From Nageia nagi (taxonomy: Eukaryota > Plantae > Pinophyta), in NCBI GenBank assembly GCA_050084985.1, contig JBITNC010000001.1:204414001-204478000 (forward strand): DNA of 64,000 nt, written 5' to 3'. Positions 37,804-49,318 of this stretch are shown piece by piece (the first letter of the stretch is position 1; each line of letters starts with the position of its first letter). The notes under the pieces are model-generated. The model was not told where the DNA came from. It saw only the letters and a list, made by a program, of their open reading frames with translations, and ran no database searches. The position numbers and the translations under genes were made by a program.

Positions 37804-38879
37804 TTTCCCCCCATCCCTTGTGTGCGCATCAAACATTTAAAAAAATAGAGTAAAAGTTTACAAAATAGAAAAGAGAAAGTTCTCCCAAAAAAGAAGACAA
37901 AAGGGAGTGTCCACATCATGTATTACGTGGTTCATCTTGAGGAGACTTATGTCGGTACCTTTTGATACCTTATGGTTCTTCACTTACTCTTATATGAGCC
38001 TTCTATAAGACTCTTGCTCCTTGGAGAGAGGTTGGTACTATGGCAAGGTTGGGAATCGTGTCTTGTTATTTTCCTTATTGCCGAAAGATGGATGGGCTCA
38101 TCCCACTTATTCCCATGCATTTATAATGGATGCCTGTGATGCCCTTTATGGTCATACCCTACCTTTTTGGGTACTTCTTACAAATTTTCCTCCTTGTAGG
38201 CTTTAAAAACAAAGTTTGTCGAAGAGAACACCAATGTTATGTACCTCATCCTAGTGGTATTGGTGATATTGATTTTTCTAACAGGGTGGCATATTACATA
38301 CCCACCTCATTACGAATTATGTAACATTTGTAATAATGATTAGATGTAGGATAATAAAAAACAAGTGGAATAGAATCATGTGTAAGAGAATATGTAAGAT
38401 CTAAGAAAATACATAAGATGTAAGGAATATAAGTTGAAACATGTGTGAAGGAATATTGAGAGACACTATAAATTGTAATCTCCTCTCAAGTAGGAGGCAT
38501 CTCGGATTAATACAAAATTGAATTCTTTACTCTAAAGAAGTTTGTCTTGCCTCGAAGTGGCATAGGAGGTCACCCCACCTCGAAGTGGCAAATTGATATA
38601 GGTACCCTTGTTGGATCTGTCCACAAAATCTGAATTGATTACTAGTGCATTTTTCTGATTTTCACTTGCTTTTAGGTGCTGTTTTGCATGTATTATGCTA
38701 TTTTTGGGATCTTGAAACTAATTGTTTTATTAATTTGACTATTCTGTAGCTTATCTTGAAAAAACTCATCTTGATCCGAGGTCACAATATTCTCAAAATA
38801 GCGCCAACATTGCTCTTGTTTTGGAGGGTTTTTTGATCTCCCGAAATCTTTGATTGACTTGGGAAGTTTAATCATTCGT

Positions 38880-39460
38880 AGTCTATAACTGCCTACTCTG
38901 TTTCTGATCTGAACCTGTATTTCCACATTGTTTAAGGCCTCTTCTGTCATATTCATGAGGGAATCCTGAATGTTTTTTTGCATTATCTAACGCTTCAAAT
39001 AGGTAAATTTCATTATGTGGAATAGTTTCAATGTTTGGAAATTCTATTCTAGTTGCATGACAATACTTCAAGAGATCTTCATCAGCTTCAATTTTATGGA
39101 TTTTCCTGTCATGCTCAAATTTTGTACATCTATGCAATGTAGAAGAAATAGCTTTTATTGCATGTATCCATGGTTTACCCAAAAGTAAATTCTATGGGAG
39201 TTCACCTAGTATAATGTAGCAAGGAGATTCAATGACTTTGAGACCCAATTAAAGAGGCAATATTATGATTCCAACACATTGCTTTTTGGCATTGTCAAAT
39301 CCTTTGATTTTTGTGTTTAATTTTTGGATAGGTGGTAGCTTTACATCTTTAAATTTTTGCAAAATGTGAGTTGAGCAAATATTTAATCCTGAACATGTAT
39401 CTACCAATGCCCTTTTCACTTGAGAACCAAACACATTTATTTGAATGTAAAATGCAAAAC
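38880..39460 (-). pseudogene. Tat/Ogre-type Ty3/gypsy aspartic protease remnant
   Basis: KRALVDTCSGLNIC...IKGFDNAKK...LLGKPWIHAIKAISSTLHRCTKF resembles the LVDNGSSLN/LLGRPWIH...PSTLHQ signature of Tat-lineage proteases. Confidence 0.75.
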
Positions 39461-39486
39461 CTTGATCTACAATATCTTTGCTAGGC

Positions 39487-39693
39487 TTTTTTTTTTTATT
39501 TGATTGAGGAGGAGTTTTGAAAGGGTCAAAACCTTTTTACAAAATAGATTAGAAATCAAAACATGTCACCATCGTTTGACATTTGAGAGATATCACCATC
39601 AGTAAGGGGTGGAATTTGAACCTGAGATTCTCTTAACATTATTTGAGAGTTTCCACACCCAATGTTATCCCAACTCCTCAAACATTTCGTGAT
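39487..39693 (-). mobile_element. Probable tRNA-derived SINE
   Basis: Poly(T) at the left end, B-box GGTTCAAATTCC on the minus strand (~39611-39622), and flanking duplication TCTTTGCTAGGC / TCTTTGTTGGGC. Length ~207 bp. Confidence 0.65.
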
Positions 39694-41400
39694 TCTTTGT
39701 TGGGCATTTTACTTCATCAAACTCAATCAATTTACTTTGTTTCCATGAATCTATTACTTTTGAAAGTGTTGAAACTACCATATTTGATAGAACTTGTTCA
39801 TTTTTGAAAGCTTCATACTCTACGTTTTTAGATGTTTGGAGTAGCTTAAATTGATTTTTACTTGAGAGTTTTTGAGGTGCTCAAGCATGCTACAAGATCT
39901 TGGATAATTTGGAATCTTAGTTCTTTCTGTTGTTATTGGATTTATTGGTTTTTTTAGCCTTCCCCTATTTGCATGAGTACACATCTCTTGATTGATTACT
40001 ACATTTATGGCCCAATTTTCCTCATTTTCTATTTTAACTGGACATACATATTTTCCCTCTTCAATAAGCTATGGGATATCTTTTCTCAATATAATGCATT
40101 GATTTATGTAATGCCCTCTATTTTGATGGAACCCACAATAATATTCTACTTTATACCATTTTGGTTTTCTATATTATTATCATCTTTTAAGATGAATCTA
40201 GTTGTTATGGGGAAAGAAATTGTATTTTCTTTTTGAGTTGTTGATTTGGTTAATGTAGGTTTTTCTGCTACATTAGCATTCTTATTTCAGCTTTGTGGGA
40301 TATGATTTTTTGCTATCCTTAGTTGAAGTTGCATTCCCATATTTTATTGTTTCTCCCTCAATTAGAAATTTTTCTTTTTTGAGCAATTTTTTGGCCATGA
40401 CTTCAAAATTTTCATCCATGATGTCACTAGCAATGGTTGGAGTAAGGCATCTATCAAAATATGATTTATGTCTTCAACATCCAATTTTGAATTTATAGCT
40501 TGCAAGGAGATCCACATCAAGTCTCAAGGGAACCACAAGCTCATGCAATGGGGTGTGAGGGTTTGGAGGGGAGTCTAAAAACACCATACACCCAAAGATC
40601 CACTTCTACACGCGAGCAAGATCTAGGAGGAGGTGGGGTATTTTTACTAAAATCCGGATTTGCTGAAGATCTAGGGTTTGAGAAGGCATTACATGGTGGA
40701 GGAGAGCTTGCGTTGCATAGGTCTAGATCCACGAGGGATCAAGAGGAATTTGAGCGCTCTTTGTTTAGATCTGGATCAACTTGAGATCCATATGGAGGAG
40801 AGGTCTTGATGCATAAATATTTTGATAAAGGAGAGGACATGGCCAAGATTGTACCTGCACAACCACCACCCTTGCCGAGGCCACCCAAACCCATGTTTCT
40901 TCTAAAGCATGAGGTAAATCCGGGCATGGTGACACTTGTGGAGATGAATCTTTTATTCCAAGAAAATTCTATGAACACGGCAAAATTTAAGGATGCAGTG
41001 AGTTTTCAAAGTTATTTGGAGATCTTGGGAAAGAAGGTGAGAGGAAGCCAATCGCAAGGAGGATTTCAAGGGATAGAAAAACGAGATCTACAACAAAAGT
41101 TGAGAAGAATACAAGTTTTGCTATATTATGGAGGAGATAAGATGATGGTTAGGGCATGGTTGCAAAAATTGCAAACATACTTCACTCTTAGCTCCATGAT
41201 TGAGAAGGACGTAGTGCAATTCATTACTCTCCACTTGGATGGTGTGGCATATGATTGGTGACATCTTGGTTTGATCATGTAGGGTCATGCATCCGTCGCC
41301 ACATTTGATGAGTTTAGTTGGAGGGTTTTGGATCACTTTGATCAAAAGGATGGGGATGAATATTTTTGAGATTTAGCAATAGTTAAGCAAAGAGGCATGG

Positions 41401-44400
41401 TGTGATGTGCCCCTTGCATAATTGTAAATAATTCTGGAATCCAACAGATTCCCCTCTTGTATTATATTTTTTTTATTTAATTGTGCTTTTAGTTAGTACT
41501 TGGGATAGAAGACTTAATGGGTCATTGGACCCCATCGTGAGCCCCAAGTGGGACGTCTCCCTCCCAAGTGTAGAATTAAGTGTTTTAAAGTATTTGGAAA
41601 TCTCGATACATGATTGTGGGAATCCCAAGGTCTATTTAGCACTTAAGTGGATGGATAAGCACTTAATGCCCCAACGTTGAGATTGGGAGCACTTGTACAC
41701 ATGCACCAGCCTTGGGGAGACTTTTAGACCCCCACGTTGGCCCATGACACCCATGTTACTCCCCTAGATGCCCACGCATGCCTTCTAGACCCACGTATGC
41801 ATTCTTGGACCTATGTGGAGCATGAGGGAGGCCCAGATACCCACGTTGGACCTGGAATGACTCCTAGGTGCCAACATTGGGGCTTGAGGGGACTGGGTGA
41901 TGACATTGAGGTGCAATCCAGATCCAGGCAAGCTATATTAGCCCTTGGAGCCTCATTTGTTGGATATATTGATTCTTGATATTTGCTTATATTGTCCGAA
42001 GGACAAGAGTCTGAGCGCAGTGCTAAGAAAGATCCTTAGGTGCAACATCTAGGAGGATTAGCAGGTTGGGATCCTATTAGTCTATGACTTTGGTGTAGCA
42101 CCCTAGCCTGTCTAGTGGTATTCCAAGGTTGAGCTTCTACCTTCAGGGGTTCCAGGGTTTGAGGAGGGATCCTTTGGTGGAGAGGAATCAGTTTCTGAGG
42201 GAACAAGATTGTCCCACTCATCATCCATCCATGCAATAGAGAGATATACATCATGATCTAGTTGGCTCCTTGGAGGCCAACGTCTAGCCTTGGGGCTTGG
42301 TATTGTATTGTTGATCATCATTTATCTTATATACAGTCATTGGGCATTGGGTCACCATATTTTTCTTGTGTATGCTTTACTATTGCAACATTGTGTTGTG
42401 ATTGTTCATTCTTGCATATTGTAGCTAGACGTTGGCATATTTGCATTGTTGGTGTTTGATTCAAATGTCCTAGGCCTAACGTTGGAGCATACTTGTATAA
42501 TTTGAGCTTTTTGCATTTGATTTTGTAATTGGATCTTTACAGTGGTATCAAAGCTGAAGATCTTGTTGACTAAGGAAATGGAAGCCATATCTATAGCCAA
42601 AGTAAAGAAGTCAAAGTTCGGAAGGGTGGTTTTCTACCAACTCCTTCAGAAATTTGAAGACAGTAAAGTCCCTTCGGAGGAAAGGGAGAGGCTCTTATGG
42701 TTCCTAGGTAAGAGGCATGAGGAGAAGATGTGCAACAAGAAGGGGCAAACATGGGAGCCTAGATCTATACGTCCACACAAGACTCCACCAAAGATCTAAA
42801 TCTTGCTCCAGATCTACTAAGGAACCACCAAAGAGTTCCAAAGAGACATCACTTTTCAGCTATACCAGGATTTGCTGGGTTACGGAGTGGTGGCTTTGTA
42901 GAAATACAACGTTGGAGGGGTAGATCCAACTAGAACCCCAATGTCTAGAACTGGATTGCTAGGTGGTGTAAGGGATGCGACTTCTTCGTTGGATCTGAAG
43001 AAGAAGGGTGAGCGGAAGTTGTCACTCATATCCAAATCCGTTAGTAGCAGACTTGAGGCCATCACATAGATCGTATCAGCCAAGAAGATGAGTCCCATCG
43101 TTCAAAAGGAAGGGATTGAATGGGCTTGCATTTTCAATATGGCCAAGGGAGGCCCCACGTTGCATTCTAGGGAGGCCAAAGAGCATCCGTTTGAGGTACA
43201 AAGCATCCTTAACTGATACCCATATGTTTTCGGAGATATGCCCAAGGGGTTGCCACCATCCAGAGGGTTTGAGCACACTATTGAGTTGGAATCGGGAGCC
43301 AAGCCAATCATGATCACTTCTTATAGGTATCCGAAAATCTGTAAGAATGAGAGAGTAAACAATCAAGGAGTTGTTGGACAGGGGATTCATATGGTCTAGC
43401 TCTAGTCCCTTTGCCTCTTCGATTGTGTTCGTCAAGAAGAAGAATAGGACCATGCAAATGGGTATTGATTATCGCCTGCTCAATAAGAAGGCTATCAAAA
43501 ATAGGTATCCCATTCCTAGAGTAGATGATCTCATTGATGAGTTGCATGGAAGAAAGTATTTTTCAAAAATTGACTTGAGATCCAGCTACCATCATATAAA
43601 GATCAAAGAAGAGGACATACACAAAACGACATTTAGATGTCACTATGGTCATTTTGAGTTTTTGGTGATGCCCTTTGGATTGACTAATGCACAGACCACT
43701 TTCGAATCAGCTATGAATCAGGTTTTCAGGGAGCAGCTGAGGAAGTTTTTGGTAGCCTTCTTTGATGATAACTTGGTGTACAGGAAAATGTGGGAGGAAC
43801 ATCTCCATTATCTGGATCACGTTTTGAGGATATTATAGGAACAAAAATTCTATGCCAAAAAGTTCAAGTGTGAGTTTGGTATGACTGAAATTCTATATTT
43901 TGGTCATATCATCAGTCATGAGGGAGTTAGAGTGGATGAGCAAAAGATTGCAACTATTCAAGATTGGCAAGTACCTACTATCCTAACGCAACTAAGAGGG
44001 TTTTTGGGACTATGTAACTACTACAGGAGGTTCATACGTGGCTTCTCCCACTTGGCTGCCCCCCTCAAGCAGTTGACCAAGAAGGATGCATTTGTTTGGA
44101 GTGAGAGTGCTCAGGAGGCCTTTGAGACCCTCAAGAGAGTCGTGTTCCTATCCTTGCTTGGCTATTCCTGATTTTTCAGTCCCTTTCACCGTGGAGTGTG
44201 ATGCATATAAACTTGGTGTCGGGGTTGTACTCATGCAAAAGGGGTAGCTGATTGCATTTGGAAGCAGGAAATTGTCTAGTGTAAAGCAGAATTTCAACAT
44301 GTATGATAAGGAGATGTTGGCCATCATGCATGTATTGGAAAGGTTCAAGCAGTATTTGGTGTGTGGTCCATTCATCATCAAAAATGACCACAATAGCTTG

Positions 44401-47140
44401 AAGTATTTTCTCAGCCAGTCAAATCTAAGTGAGAAACAACAAAGATGGGTAAGTAAGCTTTAATCCTTTGATTTTGAGATTCAGTACATTAAAGGAAAGA
44501 AGAATACAGCTGCTGAGGCATTATCCAGAAACCCATCCTTTTACTATCTCTCTTTTATTATTGCTGATTGGAAAAAAATGTAATGGCTGAGTACGCTAAG
44601 GATGAGTTTGCTCAAGGCATCCTAAGTGGGACGGTGAGGAATAAGAGGTACACGGTTAGGGAGGGGCTAATCTTGAAGAGGAATAGTATATTCCTAACTC
44701 CTCAATCTGAAATGAAGGAGAAAGTGCTTCATGCTTTGCATAATACCCCTCTTGTAGGACATCTAGGCATTACCAATACATACAAGGCCGTGAGAGAAAG
44801 GTTCACATGGAAGGGGCTGAAGCATGATGTTTTGAGGCACGTTCGGGAGTGTGTGCAATGCCAAGAAAACAAGGAAGAGCGTGTGAAGCCAACAGGGTTG
44901 CTTCAGCCATTGCCCATTCCATAGCAGAAATGGGAAGACATCTCCATGGACTTCATCATTGGACTTCCAAAGGTGCAAGGTAAAGATTGTATCTTTGTGG
45001 TGGTAGCTAGGCTCACCAAATTTGCTCATTTCTTTGCCATCACTGTCACATATACAGCAGCACAGTTGGCTAACTTATTTTTCAAGGAGATCTTCAGATT
45101 GAATGGGTTGCCTAGGAGGATTGTGAGTGACAGGGACAACAAGTTTATGAGCATGTTTTGGCAAGAATTGTTACGATTGAGTGGCACCAACCTCACCCCA
45201 AGCACTAGCTATCACCCCCAAATAGATGGGCAGACAGAAATCGTTAACATGTGGGTGGAGGGGTACTTGAGGCACTATGTGATCAGGAAGCAGCAAACAT
45301 GGGTCAAGTGGCTCCACATTGGGGAATATTGCTATAGCTCCACGTATCATATCTCCATCAAAATGTCTCTTTTTAAAGTTTTGTATGGTTATGATCCTCC
45401 TAACTTTACAGACTTGATTTTTGATGAAGGGTGGGTTCCAAAGGCTAAAGACTTCTTGCAGGAATATCAAGACATCATAAGAGCACTAAAGGAGAACCTA
45501 CAAATGGCCCAAAATTGCCAAAAGAAGTATTATGACCGGAATAGGACAGAGAGGACCTTGGAGGTAGGAGACATGGTGTACTTGAGGTTGCAACCATTCC
45601 GGCAATATTCACTGAAGAAGAGGAGAGCAAAGAAGCGGCAGCCTAGGTTCTTTGGGCCGTACAAGATCTTGTGCAAGGTAGGAGAGGCTGCTTACGAGTT
45701 GGAGCTGCCCCAAGAGAGCAAAATCCATAACACCTTCCACATCTCCCTCCTGAAGAAGTCCGTGGGATAGCAGGACATCTCTTCCACTACTTTTCCACCC
45801 CTTGATGATGAGGGATGATTGGTTTTGATTCCTAAGAGAGTGTTGGAGACTAGAGTCAAGAAACTAAGGTCCAGACAGATTCAAGAGTATTTGATTAAAT
45901 GGAAAGATTTGCCAGATGAGGACTCCACATGGGAAGGACCAAAGATATTTGCACATCCTGCATTGAATTGCTTGAGGGAAAGCAATCTTGAGAGGGGAGG
46001 CTTTATGACGTCCCCTTTGCATAATTGTAAATAATTATGGAATCCAACAGATTCTCCTCTTGTATTATATTTTATTATTTAATTGTGCTTTTGGTTAGTA
46101 TTTGGGATAGAAGACTTAATGGTTGATTGGACCCCACTGTGAGCCCCAAGTGGGACGTATCCCTCCCAAGTGTAGAATTAGGTGTTTTAAAGTACTTAGA
46201 GATCCCAATACATGATTGTGGGAATCCCAAGGTCTATTTAGCACTTAAGTGGATGCATGAGCACTTAATGCCCCAATGTTGAGATTGGGAGCACTTGTAC
46301 ACATGCACCATTCTTGGGCAGACTTGTAGACCCCCACGTTGGCCCATGACACCACGTTGCCCCCCCAGATGCCCACGCATGCCTCCTAGACCCATGCATG
46401 CAATACTAGACCTACGTAGAGCATTAGGGAGGCCCAAATACTCACGTTGGACCTGGAATGACTCCTAGGTGCCAACGTTGGGGCTCGAGGGGACTAGGTG
46501 ATGACATTGAGGTGCAATCTGGATCCAGCAAACTATATTAGCCCTTGGAGCCTCATTTACTGGATATACTAATTATTGATATTTGCTTATATTGTCCAGA
46601 GGACAAGAGTCTTAGTGCAACGCTAAGCAAGATCCCTAGGTATACCATCTAGGAGGATCAGCAGGTTAGGATCTTGTTAGTCTACGACTTTGCGTGTAGC
46701 ACCCTAGCCCATCTGGTGGTCTTCTGAGGTTGAGATTCTACCTTTAGTGGTTTCCAGGGTTTGAGGAGGGCTCCTTCGATGGAGAGGAATTAGATTCAGA
46801 GGGATCAAGACTATCCCACTCATCATCTGTCCTTCCAGCAGAGATATATATCGTGCCCTAGTTGGCTCCTTGGAGGCCAACGTCTAGCCCTGGGGCTTGG
46901 ATTGTATTGTTGATAATCATTTATCTTATATATAGTCGTTGGGCATTGGATCACCATATTTGTCTTGTGTATGCTTTACTATTGCAACGTTGTAGTGTGA
47001 TTTTTCATTCTTGTATATTGTAGCCAAACGTTGGCATATTTGCATTGTTGGGGTTTGATTCGGATGCCCTAGGCCTAATGATGGAACATACTTGTATAAT
47101 TTGAGCTTTTTGCATTTGATTTTGTAATTGGATCTTTACA
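41401..47140 (+). mobile_element. Intact-ended chromovirus element C: LTRs 41401-42541 and 46004-47140, RT-RH-INT-chromodomain, no recognisable gag or protease
   Basis: Paired LTRs with TSD CATGG/CATTG, PBS TGGTATCAAAGC (42543-42554) and PPT GAGAGGGGAGG (45990-46000). Confidence 0.92.
43050..46003 (+). pseudogene. Ty3/gypsy pol (RT, RNase H, integrase, chromodomain) with stops and frameshifts
   Basis: FSKIDLRSSYHHI...[11 protein letters not shown]...FFDDNLVY; GFLGLCNYYRRFI; HNTPLVGHLG...CVQCQ; SMDFIIGLP...IVSDRD...YHPQIDGQTE; EYLIKWKDLPDEDSTWE. Confidence 0.92.
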
Positions 47141-48650
47141 CATTGTAGGGATTATATTGCAAAATTTCAGCAAATTGCTATAATGGTGCCTTGCATCTCA
47201 AAGAAAATGGTGACATTTCTATTCATCGAGGGGTTACTTGAGCCCTTGAGAGGCATGATGAAGGCTTTCTCATCCACATTGTTGCAATATGCCATGAGGG
47301 CATTAATTTGGAACTGTCCATTATGAGATCTAGACCGACCACCCCTCCTAGATCAAGTGCATTGGAAAAAGGGGTGTCCGAAGGAAGGACAACCAGCCAA
47401 GGAAAGAATCCACCACCAATGACTGAAGGGAAATTAGACATAGCCGCATAGAGCAACTTGAGGAGGAGGAATTTATGTTTCACATGCAAAAAGCCATGGA
47501 AGTATGGTCATCATTGCATGGGAAAGGGCCAAATCCACTTCATTGAGGTACTTTTTGATGAGGAAGATTCGGATCTAGAGTTATATCTTGGGGCAGCAAG
47601 AATTGGATCAGCAAATGGTTGAGTATCCAACCCCTAGCACGAAGGATGTTGTGGGAGGCTCTATAGCATCCATTTCCGGGGTATACAAATACCTAACTCT
47701 CAAGATCAAGGGGCAAGATGCCAATGGGGAACTCATTGTGATTCGGGGCCAACATACAATTTTATTGATGAAGGATTTGTAACCAAGAAAGAGCTCAAGA
47801 TGAAAGGGTTTGAAGTAATTAGGGTGGCCAATGCAAATGTGAAGCTCACATTGTGTGACTAGCTAGTGAAGAAATTTGGAGTAAAGATTGAAGACTATAT
47901 GATGAGGGAAGACTTCTATGTGTACCCATTGGATGGTCTTCTGCATTTGATATTAGGAGTACAATGGTTGTATTCCTTAGGAGACATTCACGCCAACTAT
48001 CAAAAGTTGGAGATGAAATTTCAAGTCAATGGGCATGAGTTCACCTTGAGGGAATCAAGGACCACCACCGCCAAGTTTCATCAAGCTGTTTGGAGAAAGT
48101 GTTTGAGGATGGAAGCATTGGCAAGGAAAGCACCACATCAACCTTGAAGTAGCATGTATGGAAGGAAAACTTGGTGGACGTTGAGACACTTCCCCTTCAA
48201 GTTTCAGCCTTTGAGGAATGTATTGACTTGGGGAGACAATGGAGAAGCCTTGGGCATTGGATTCAAGGGATTTCAAGCCTTAGGGAGGGATGCCTAGCCT
48301 TGGAAGATTTGGAATGAAGAATGGTGCACCCAAAACAAATGATTCCTGCCCTTGAAAATTTTGCCCACTCACTTGAAGATCAATTGAGTCTTTTGGAAAC
48401 TTGTAACAGCCTTAGAAACACTTGGGAAAGGTATGCAACAGTATTTGATTTTGTTTTGATTCACAACAGCAGTAGGATGATGAAAGATAGCTGTAGGGAG
48501 ATGAGGATAGAGTGGATTCTTTTACTCTTGAGATTGTTTGCAGACAATGAAGGAATGAACATTTCTTTACAATGTTTACATCTCCAAGAAGTTGCCAAAA
48601 CACTGTTTGGGGCAGCAACTATGTCATGCACTGATATCACCATGTAGAGG

Positions 48651-49318
48651 ATGTTCGGGGTACTCCTTTCGATGAAGTCAAAGGATACAAATGTTGACAT
48701 CAACCTTGAGGCTGCATTGGATGATATATTGACTTCTGTGTTTAATATGAACGAGAGGACTGTTGTTGCACTCTTTAGGGATGATCTGGAGGCTGTCATC
48801 CATATATCAGAAACTGCAATTGATGATATACTGACTGCTGCATGTTGTGAGAAGGAAGGGACTGTTGTTGACATTTTAGGGCCTGTTCTAGTGGCTGCTG
48901 CTAACACACTGTTGGAGACTCCATGGACAGCCTTTCCTCCATATTGTGATGCCACTTTTGGAGGCAAAATGTTGGCAGACTTTGTGACAAAAAGGGGGAC
49001 CGTTGCCACAAGTTGGAGGACTAATTGGGAGGCATTAGGGATTGATTTTGGACTTTTAGAGACTATCATTTGTTTCAGACCTGAGTCTTACTCGTTTGTC
49101 GCTTTTGGAAAGAATTTATTCACAACATGTCTGGATCTTGATGTTGTCAAATGGATGATGACAACTCAACCTACAGCATATATGGGTCTCGATGATGCCT
49201 TTGGACCAAAGGATATATGGAAGGCAATATCTCGACACTTTGAATACTTTGAAGACTTGGTTGTAGCACCTAGAGATTGCAATTGCTTGAAGACAAATAA
49301 TTTGAGGAAGGGTGGAAT
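48651..49318 (+). other. Unassigned open frame occupying the position of pol in element F
   Basis: 264-aa track ORF with an internal ~105-bp duplication (AALDDILT...TVVALF / TAIDDILT...TVVDIL). It ends in the canonical pol terminal peptide NCLKTNNLRKGG. Confidence 0.45.
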
